Virus record (IMG/VR): IMGVR_UViG_3300040771_000271
Coordinates: 21,236 to 85,235 of that record
Strand: one strand, 5' to 3'
Source: a virus
Length of the DNA: 64,000 bases
Both the position numbers and the translations under genes were made by a program. The notes beneath the pieces were generated by a model. That model worked only from the letters and a program-made list of their open reading frames with translations, did no database searches and was not told the DNA's origin. Below are positions 47,982 through 56,700 of this stretch, in pieces; position 1 is the stretch's first letter, and each line of letters starts with the position of its first letter.

Positions 47982-49326
47982 AATAATTAGCCCTTCGCAA
48001 CTAAATGTTGGAACAGAATTAACAATTGACACAACAGCAAAAACATTTACTTTAAATGTAGCTGGAAATCTTGTAGCAAAAGATGGTGTATCTTTTCAAG
48101 CACTTTACTCAAAATTTATACAACTTTGGGAAACAACAGCCTATAATAAATTTGAATTTGGATTTTACGCCATTGATGCATTATCAGGACAATTCCAAAT
48201 AGGTACAAATGGTCAAACATTTAACGGATGGAAACCATCTAATGATGCAACTAGACAAATGATTAGAGATGGTGGTTGGTCTGAATTTTCAGCTTCAGGT
48301 TCTTTACTTAGACAATATGTAGGTATTGTATCTTTGGGAGAAGTAAGTACAGGAGCTCAACTATACTATCAAAAAATTTTAAATGGAACATCTTCTAATT
48401 TTACTTTTGTAGATGAAGTAAATGAAGGTATTCAAGTTTTTGGAGATATTACTAATGGTAATTTTGATAATCGTACTTTTTTTAAGGGGTATGTAAGAGA
48501 ACAAGGTAAAAAGTATAAAGACTCTGTTCTTGCAGACACGGGTAAAACAAGTACAGGAGCTAATATTGTAAATTTACTTCTATCTAATGAAGATGATTTA
48601 AAAATACAAGCTTCGGATGCGACAGTAATTGCTAACACACCTTACACCACGATTAATGTTGAATATTTTGCAACAGACCAAAATAGAACAATTGGAGGAG
48701 TATCTTACCCTTTTAGAACTATTATTAATGGTGCAAATGCAACAGCAGAACAAATATATACTAAAATACAGTATCTACTAAGACAATCAGGGGATATAGA
48801 TAATGGAGTTGGATCAGTTACAGGTAAAACAGCAAGTTTGCTGTTAAACTTTGTCGGAGATACTTTAATAACTACAACAGGTGTTTATATTGATAACTAC
48901 AACACTAACGATGTAAACAGACTTGTATTTAAAGATAAAAATGGAATAGAAAGAACTGAGCCTTTTACAGCAACAGGAACGTTAAACTTTAATTCTTTTC
49001 TTACATTAGGTGGTACAGGATATTACAGAATGTATTTTACAGATTTAGCAGGTGTCGCAGATTACGGGTTGTCTGGAGCAATTACAGTTAATAACGCTTT
49101 AGGAGCAGGTATATTTGGAACTATTTCAAGCTCTTCAATACCTTTTAGTTTTGCTTATGATTCAAATATACAAGGAGGTCGTACAGCAGCAACAGATGCA
49201 CAAGTAACAGTAGTTGCAGGTAATGCAGGAAGTGCAAAACCAGTTGTAACAAATTATACTATAACTAGAGCAACAGGTCAAGGTATCTCTTTAGTTGCAG
49301 AAAATGATCGTGCATTTTTAGCTTAA
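47974..49326 (+). CDS. Structural-type hypothetical protein of the cassette
   Basis: 450 aa, beta-rich, T/G-rich composition. Confidence 0.55.
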   Translation: MPKIISPSQLNVGTELTIDTTAKTFTLNVAGNLVAKDGVSFQALYSKFIQLWETTAYNKFEFGFYAIDALSGQFQIGTNGQTFNGWKPSNDATRQMIRDGGWSEFSASGSLLRQYVGIVSLGEVSTGAQLYYQKILNGTSSNFTFVDEVNEGIQVFGDITNGNFDNRTFFKGYVREQGKKYKDSVLADTGKTSTGANIVNLLLSNEDDLKIQASDATVIANTPYTTINVEYFATDQNRTIGGVSYPFRTIINGANATAEQIYTKIQYLLRQSGDIDNGVGSVTGKTASLLLNFVGDTLITTTGVYIDNYNTNDVNRLVFKDKNGIERTEPFTATGTLNFNSFLTLGGTGYYRMYFTDLAGVADYGLSGAITVNNALGAGIFGTISSSSIPFSFAYDSNIQGGRTAATDAQVTVVAGNAGSAKPVVTNYTITRATGQGISLVAENDRAFLA

Positions 49327-49334
49327 AATAAATC

Positions 49335-49357
49335 AAGGGGTGTTAGCCCACCCCTTT
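49335..49357 (+). terminator. Hairpin / putative terminator
   Basis: AAGGGGTG/CACCCCTT stem, short U tail. Confidence 0.55.
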
Positions 49358-49372
49358 AATAAAACCAAATAA

Positions 49373-50677
49373 ATGGCGTATATCTTTAATGGAATAACTA
49401 AAATAATAACTTTTGATGTAAGCACAATAACTGTTGATGTTAGAGATTTGTGGAGCAGATATATTGAATGGTTATTAACTTCAGATAATTCTAAATACTT
49501 ATTAGCTATGAGGAACGTTGGAGGAGACCCACTGCCAGGAGCTAAAGAATTAGGAATTAGTTATTTTATGATTAATGGTTGGAAAATAAAACCTTTTGAA
49601 GAAAGTCAAGTTTTAACAGTTAATGGTAATCTATATTCGGAAGATGGGTCAAGCCCTTACGCACCTGTTTTAGGAGCTTTTAATGTAACTATTTTAAGTT
49701 CAGTTTCAAATTTAGTAGATAGTACTGTACAACAATTACCTGAAATAGAGTACGCTTCTTACAATGGAGGAGTTACTATAGATGCAGTAAATGGTACAAA
49801 TAGTTCGACATATCCATTTGGAACACCTTTATACCCTTGTAAAACAACTTCAAATTCTTATGCTATAAGACTTGCTAGGGGATTTAAGAAGATATATTTA
49901 CGTAGTGATCTAAATTTAGTTGGAATTCCAGATGGGATACTTAATGGATTAGATATTATAGGAGAAACGGGAAATAGAAAATACACACTTACATTTAATA
50001 ATGTACTAGTAACAGATTGTAAAGCTACTAACTTAGCAGTAACTGGTGTTTTTAAACAAGGGTCTACAGCACAAGCTGTGGATTGTGAGATATACGATTC
50101 TGTGGACGTGGATTTAAGAGCAACTAACAGTAGTTTAAAATCAGGAGTTTATGCAAATACTAATCTCACAAATTGTATATTAGAGGGAGATATTAGTATA
50201 AAACCTGGAGGAAATATGAGTGGTACAGGCATTGTTTTTGAAGGAGATTTAACAACTATAAATATGTTAAGTCAACCATCAACTGTTTCATTAGATGTAG
50301 ATTCAGGATATTTTAAATTAAAAAATGCTATTGTAGGATCTCTAGCTGAATTTAATCTAAGAGGTGGGGAAGTAGAAATTGATACTACTTGTACAGGAGG
50401 AGAGTATTATTTAGAAGGATATGGAACTTTATATAATAATGGAACAATGACTGAAAAAGGTAATCATTTACTAGCTTTAGAAACTATACCAATTAATGTT
50501 TGGAGTAATCAAAACGCCATAGATCAAACAACTAAAATAGATGAACTTCATAAAGTAGGAGGACTTGATTCAGAAAATCCAGCCACAACTACAGCTAATG
50601 AAATTTCAGTAGGAAGTATCACTATAGACATTACAGGAGACGGAGAAACTTCAACAACATTTACAAGAAATGATTAG
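49373..50677 (+). CDS. Structural-type hypothetical protein with beta-helix-like centre
   Basis: 434 aa; VRDLWSRYIEW...MRNVGGDPL...YFMINGWKIKP N-terminal domain. Confidence 0.55.
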   Translation: MAYIFNGITKIITFDVSTITVDVRDLWSRYIEWLLTSDNSKYLLAMRNVGGDPLPGAKELGISYFMINGWKIKPFEESQVLTVNGNLYSEDGSSPYAPVLGAFNVTILSSVSNLVDSTVQQLPEIEYASYNGGVTIDAVNGTNSSTYPFGTPLYPCKTTSNSYAIRLARGFKKIYLRSDLNLVGIPDGILNGLDIIGETGNRKYTLTFNNVLVTDCKATNLAVTGVFKQGSTAQAVDCEIYDSVDVDLRATNSSLKSGVYANTNLTNCILEGDISIKPGGNMSGTGIVFEGDLTTINMLSQPSTVSLDVDSGYFKLKNAIVGSLAEFNLRGGEVEIDTTCTGGEYYLEGYGTLYNNGTMTEKGNHLLALETIPINVWSNQNAIDQTTKIDELHKVGGLDSENPATTTANEISVGSITIDITGDGETSTTFTRND

Positions 50678-50927
50678 TCCCATATCCATAGCCACAAGAG
50701 GTAGAATAAGTAAGAGTGTTAAAAAGGCTTTAACTTATTCTACTTTAGGTTTAATGGTTATTATGGCTCAGGGAATTCCTGTAAAACCAACTGTAATAAA
50801 AGGTTCTACCACTCACAGTAAAAAGTTTGTACAGAACATAGAAAAAAACATCTTATATGAAAAAATAATTCGAGAAGATGATGAAATGTTAACAATGATA
50901 AAAATATTTTTACAATGTCAAAAATAA
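50670..50927 (+). CDS. Small hypothetical protein ending the cassette
   Basis: 85 aa, overlaps both neighbours; C-terminal FLQCQK. Confidence 0.55.
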   Translation: MISPISIATRGRISKSVKKALTYSTLGLMVIMAQGIPVKPTVIKGSTTHSKKFVQNIEKNILYEKIIREDDEMLTMIKIFLQCQK

Positions 50928-53293
50928 AATGTTTTCAAGGAACATCTTTACAGGATGAATTTGAATTAAAGGTATCTCAAGGTATAGAGGAGGCACAATC
51001 TGTAAAAGAAGTTATAACAGAACAAGCAAATAAAATAATTGATAAAGTTAATAGGTTAAGAGCAGAATTAGAACTACCTTTACTAGAAAAAATAATCTTA
51101 GAAATTCCAGAAATACTACAAAAAGAAACTGTTGTAGAGGAAGTTTTTGATAACGATTTAGATTCAGTCTATGAAAAAGCAAAACAAAATTCTGATTTTG
51201 AAAATTTTGTAGAAGTTATGTCTGATTTCAGAGATGGACATTCAGCACCAAGTAAAGATGAGGGGTTAACAAAAGAAAAGCTAGAAACAGGAGGTGACTT
51301 CTCATTAATGGAAGTAGCTAATGGATTCCATAACCAACCTTCTGATTATTTTGAGCCTAAAGTAGGGGCGAGATACTATGGTTATGACAACAACGAGGGT
51401 ATGCAGTCTTTTACAGCTATAAGCAATGTAATAAGAGCTTTAAAAGCAGGTAAAGATAATGTAACTATTACATCATATAGAGCTATCCCTTTAGACATTG
51501 ATTTAGATAGTCTTAAAGATTATGATTGGGTGACTTTTTCAAAAGGGTACGCTGAAAATCATGGAGAAGCAAGATTTGGAGAGAAAACTTACAAAATAAT
51601 TGAGCAAGAGGTAAAATTAAATGACTTATGGTGGGATGGTAATGACATAAACGAATGGGGATATGATACAGGAAACACTAAAAAATATAGCAGAAGAGAG
51701 TTAAAAGATATACATGATAAAGTAAATGCATTACCTCAAGAAAATTTAAATAGTTCTTCAGAAAGTAAAACACTATTTGAAAAAATGCAAGAGTTTAAAC
51801 GAATGTCCCAAATGAAAATAGAAGGTGATACTTTAACTGCTGTTAATCAAAATGACATAAGAGTACAACTAGAACAGACTTTAAATTTAAGTGATAACCT
51901 TTCTATATCTTCTGACATAATTTACCTTAATGAATTAGGTCAAGATTTATACTATGAAAATATTGAAGATGTAAAAGAATTAATTAAAGAAATAGAGGTT
52001 AAATCTGCTAAACAAGGAGTTGATATAGTAGGGCTTTCAAGTAAAGTGTTTTCAAAAAGTAGGGATGAAATATATGACCTTTTAGAAAGTCTAAACACAT
52101 TGCTTTTAGAGCCTTCAGAGCAGTCTTTCAACGACTTCATAGGGCAACATCAAATAGTATTTGAAACAGAAGTAATTCCTATAACAAAGGTTGAAGTAGT
52201 TTCTGAAAATAATTTAAATAAAAGCTTAATATCTCTAAAAACTAAACTTTCAGAGTACACTCTTTTTAATGATTTTGGATTATTAAAGGTATCAGAAAAT
52301 ATATATCAACAAATTGAAAAAGAAGATTTAGACACATTATATAATAAACTTTATGCTATTTCTCAATACAATGAAAATATATTACCTAAAGAGGCATTTC
52401 CTTTAGCAAATCAAGCAGGAGAGCTAAATCTTGAAACTTTAAGAAATATTGAAAATAGAGAATTAATAGTTGCCGACATAAAAAGATTTATAGAGAATGA
52501 AGTGTCAAAATTAGACGTACCCTCAGTATCTTTAGATAATACTGTTTTACAACAAATGGTTATTAATAAATATGCTTTTGGACATCCTATGACTTTTAAA
52601 AAGAACGTAGATTTTCAAGAAGAGTTTAACAGTTTTGAAGCTTTTGATGGGAACGAAGAGTATTTAAAAACAGATTTTATAGCTGACTTCTATTCAGAAT
52701 TTTTGCAAGAAAAAATAAAAGACAGTGAAAAATATAAAGAGTTCTATAGTAACTTTTCAATAAATGAGAGAGGAATAGTACTTGTAAATGATGACGCAAT
52801 AACAGTTCAGAAAATTAAGGACTATTTAGCCGAAAAAAACATTAAGCAAGCTAAAGATTTAGAGAACTATTCATTATTAACAGACCAAATACCAAACTTA
52901 AAAACTTTAGAAAAACCTAGTTCCGATTACACTAGAGATTTCTATAGAACAAATTATATTAACAACCCAATGAGTTTGGACAAAGTAAAGGGAGAATATA
53001 AGTTTATAACAGACACTACAATAGTAAAAAACAACAGTATAGATAATTTTATAAGAGTTAAAGACAGAGTGTTTGAACTTGTAGATACAAAGGGGGGTAA
53101 TAGTTTTTATGAAGAAGTTCCTGTAAACACATCTGAGTATAAAACTTTTAATGTATCTCAACCTGTTTTAAGTGTAAACTTAGACAACTATGGAGCAGAA
53201 AGATTAGATGAAGTTCCACCAGTAAAAATTGAAAAATACTACTCCAAAGCGGAGGAACAAAAAATAAATGAAGAAAGTTTTGAATGTTTGTAA
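50915..53293 (+). CDS. Ejection-protein-like ORF with embedded ADP-ribosyltransferase-like domain
   Basis: YRAIP...DWVTFSKGYA..HG...EWGYD gives an R-S-E-type spacing. Confidence 0.55.
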   Translation: MSKIKCFQGTSLQDEFELKVSQGIEEAQSVKEVITEQANKIIDKVNRLRAELELPLLEKIILEIPEILQKETVVEEVFDNDLDSVYEKAKQNSDFENFVEVMSDFRDGHSAPSKDEGLTKEKLETGGDFSLMEVANGFHNQPSDYFEPKVGARYYGYDNNEGMQSFTAISNVIRALKAGKDNVTITSYRAIPLDIDLDSLKDYDWVTFSKGYAENHGEARFGEKTYKIIEQEVKLNDLWWDGNDINEWGYDTGNTKKYSRRELKDIHDKVNALPQENLNSSSESKTLFEKMQEFKRMSQMKIEGDTLTAVNQNDIRVQLEQTLNLSDNLSISSDIIYLNELGQDLYYENIEDVKELIKEIEVKSAKQGVDIVGLSSKVFSKSRDEIYDLLESLNTLLLEPSEQSFNDFIGQHQIVFETEVIPITKVEVVSENNLNKSLISLKTKLSEYTLFNDFGLLKVSENIYQQIEKEDLDTLYNKLYAISQYNENILPKEAFPLANQAGELNLETLRNIENRELIVADIKRFIENEVSKLDVPSVSLDNTVLQQMVINKYAFGHPMTFKKNVDFQEEFNSFEAFDGNEEYLKTDFIADFYSEFLQEKIKDSEKYKEFYSNFSINERGIVLVNDDAITVQKIKDYLAEKNIKQAKDLENYSLLTDQIPNLKTLEKPSSDYTRDFYRTNYINNPMSLDKVKGEYKFITDTTIVKNNSIDNFIRVKDRVFELVDTKGGNSFYEEVPVNTSEYKTFNVSQPVLSVNLDNYGAERLDEVPPVKIEKYYSKAEEQKINEESFECL

Positions 53294-53310
53294 TTTTCTT
53301 TCTATATTTG
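53279..53310 (+). promoter_or_regulatory. Host-type promoter TTTG-N20-TATATTTG
   Basis: Exact Bacteroidota primary sigma consensus upstream of the ORF at 53328. Confidence 0.7.
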
Positions 53311-53327
53311 TAAAAAAATAAATATAT

Positions 53328-53762
53328 ATGGAAGAGCAATTAATAAGTTTCGAGACAGCTAAGGTAGCTAAAGAAAAAGGATTTAATATTGAATGTAAAA
53401 ATAAATATGTAGAGACTTTAGAGCATACTCTTGAAATGGGCAGAGGCGGAGATTGTACTTTTGCCTATCAATCCCCAAGGGTACTTTCTAGTCGCAGTTA
53501 TGATAAATGGGATATAATCCATTGTAATGCACCAACACAGTCTTTACTTCAAAAATGGTTGAGAGAGGTTCAGAATATTCATGTAAAATTACATTCTTCT
53601 AATACAGATATTTTTTCTTTTGAAATATACTTTATGATTTACAAAAATGTAGATTTAAATAAAAAAAACTTACAAAATCATAAGTATAGTAAAATAAATT
53701 ATAGCACTTACGAAGAAGCTTTAGAAGCAGGATTACAAGTAGCATTAAAATTAATAAAATAA
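53328..53762 (+). CDS. Moron-like hypothetical protein common in Bacteroidota phages
   Basis: MEEQLISFETAK.AKEKGF...APTQSLLQKWLRE...TYEEALEAGL; has its own promoter. Confidence 0.65.
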   Translation: MEEQLISFETAKVAKEKGFNIECKNKYVETLEHTLEMGRGGDCTFAYQSPRVLSSRSYDKWDIIHCNAPTQSLLQKWLREVQNIHVKLHSSNTDIFSFEIYFMIYKNVDLNKKNLQNHKYSKINYSTYEEALEAGLQVALKLIK

Positions 53763-53769
53763 AAGATAA

Positions 53770-56700
53770 ATGAGCTGTATACTAGAATATAATGCACAAA
53801 ATAAAATAACAGGGGTAAAAGATGCAGAGGGTAAAACTTCTGCATTATTTAATTCTATAGTTTCCAACCCTCACTTGTCCGTTGAACAAGCAGTAGATAT
53901 CTATAAAAACAGCTTCTCTAAAAAATTTAAAGGTGAGCAACTTCCAATAGAATATAGAAACGTTAATGGAGAAGTATTTCAAAATTTTAAAGACGCTTTA
54001 GATAGCACCTCGTCAGGAGATATTCAAGGTTATAGTGGAGATAATTTAATGTTTTCTATAGACAGTGGTTCTAATCCTGAATCACTTTCTGGTTTTTTAA
54101 ACTCTATGATTAAGGAAGATGTAATTTTAGGAGAGACTTTATTTGACAACGGACAAAAAGTAATTCAAGTTTCTGGAGCTTCGGAAGTTATGAGAGCTAT
54201 AAAATCTCAACTTTTTCAAGATAGTTCTTATGGTTATATTGGAATTAATAAAATTAAGAGGTTGAGTAATGGTAATTTTATAATTCTTGAAGAGGGACAA
54301 AAAGAATTGCCAAAAGATTACAAAACTTTTGAAGAAGAGTTGAGTGCAGATCCTATGTATAGACCTTATGGAGATTCTAAAGTTATTCAAGACGAAGTAG
54401 AACTTCCCAATGAAGACAATCTAAAGGTTCAATTATTATCCTTACTTAATAAATTAGGGGTTAAAACTATGGGTATTTCTGAATATATTTCAAAATATAA
54501 TATTAAAAACGGAGTAGAGCCTACAGCACAAGCTTTAGTTGATATAGCTAATAGAGTAGTAGCTTTTCAAGGAGGTCAAATAGAGGTTGAAGATTTAACA
54601 GAAGAAACAGCTCACTTAATAGTTGAAGGTTGGAATTCAGAAGAAATAGAAAACTTACTTAGGAATATACATAGAACAGAAGAGTGGGCGGAGTTAAGTG
54701 AAAATTATAGAGATATATATTCTAAAACTTATAGTGGAGAAGAGTTAGATAAAGTTTTAAGAAAAGAAATTTTAGGTAAAGTATTAAAAAACGCAATACA
54801 AAGTAATTTCCAAACAGAAAATAAAACAGAAACTCAACAAAACTTTATTGAGAGAGTTAGAAAACTTTTTCAAAACTTTTTTACTAAAGTACAAGCTTTA
54901 TTTAAACCTCAATATATTTCAGATCTACAAAGTTTTAATAACCAAGTAGTTCAATTATTACAGCAGGATGAGCTACAAAACTATTTATCAAACGAACAGT
55001 TATCAACTAGTAAGTTAACTTTATACAGTGTACCAAACAGCTCAAAAGACCCTATGGCACTACAAGTGGCTGTAGCTAAGAAAGCTATAGAGATATTAGA
55101 AATAACTCAAAACCAACTTTCAAAGGTTAGTGGAATTACTTCAAGTAAAGAGGCTGTTTTAAGATTAAAACGAAATTTAGATGATATTGACGAACAAAAT
55201 AAAATAGCATCCTTTGCAGGGATCACAGCTTCTGTAAAAACCCAAATTAAATATTTAAATAAAGCTTTAAAAAATAATGATAAAAGTAAACACCCTTTCT
55301 CAACAGAAGAGAATGTAGTTTACATGACATTATTAAACCAAATGAGACCTATACTAAGTGAAGTAGGAGGTTTACTAGAACTTTCAAAATACAATGATAG
55401 ACTTATTAAGGCAGAAATAGATCAAGCTATAGTAGGTATTCAAGATTTATATGGAGAAGTTAGTAAAATTGACAATTATCAAGTACTTGAAAATCTAGTT
55501 GACGATTTAGCCATAAAACACAACTGGTCAGAAGATTCAAAAATTAATTATCTTAAAGTAGCTAAAGCAGCAAAGAAAGACACTAATTGGGCACATGCTT
55601 ATTTTGGAAGTTTAAATCATGCTGAAAACCCTCTCTTAAATCTTTTTGGCGAAAACATTAAAAAAGTAACTTTACAGACTTACAGATACCATGCTAATCC
55701 AACAACAGATTTGTTATTAACCTTAGAATCTTTAGGTGTTAGTCAAAAAGAAGTAAACTCTTTAAGGAGAGGTAGTTTTTTAATAGATGAAGTAGACCAC
55801 CAAAAAGTAGAAGATAAGGTAAATGAAATAGAACTTAAAGCTTACAATCAATTCTCTGGACAAGCTACTTTAGATATTAAAGAATATTTAATTAAAAAAA
55901 GAGAGGGAGTTTTACCAGATGTTCCAAACGATAAATTTCAAGAATATAGAGAAGAAGTTAAAGACGAACTTAATCAGTATTTAGAGAGACCTTTTAAAGA
56001 TGAATACTATACTAAAAAAGAAGCTCTTTACGAACAAGAAAATATTTCTTTAGAGACTAGAAAGTGGTTAAGTACTATATCTAGTGATGTAGCTTCAATA
56101 TATCAAAGAGCTAAAGATGAAAGTGGAACTATAGTTTTAACAGAAGATTTAAAATTTAATTTAGAGCAAATAGCTAAAGAAAGAGCCTTTGCAAAAAGTC
56201 CTTACACAACAGATGGTAGTTATAAAAGAGGTCTTAGTGGAGTTATAGATTCTGAGGGTAATTTAGAAATAGTTATAGTTGGAGACACTTCAGAAGAAGC
56301 TTCAAGAGCTTATGAACTTGCAAAACTTGATAAAATTTTCTTGAAAGATCTGCAAGACAATAAAAAAGATAAACAAGGTATTCCAACTAAGTTTATAGAA
56401 GAAATAGAAAAATTAGAAGCCCAAGGAGATTTTAAAGGAGCTTTTGACTACTTGAAACTAAACTCTTATTTAGGGTTTAATAGAGAATTTTGGGATAGTT
56501 TGGGGGGTAAAGAAAGCTTAATGGACAGACTGTCAAATGTTGAAGGAGATAATCAGCAAAGAGCAGAAGAATTAATTTTTTCTATTAAAGAGTTACAAAG
56601 TAAGAGAAATAATATAATTAAAGGTAATAGAGTTTTAAACCAACCTTCAGAGACAGACGTAGAGAGAATGTCAACATCTGAAAAAGAATACATAAAAGAG

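Noticed and set aside
4856-54390. Antisense and alternate-frame ORFs in the track (e.g. 4856-5068, 13250-13567, 15413-15742, 34792-35115, 45729-46160, 54139-54390)
   Set aside because: They lie inside long, well-supported + strand genes and show shadow-type composition with no leaders or motifs.
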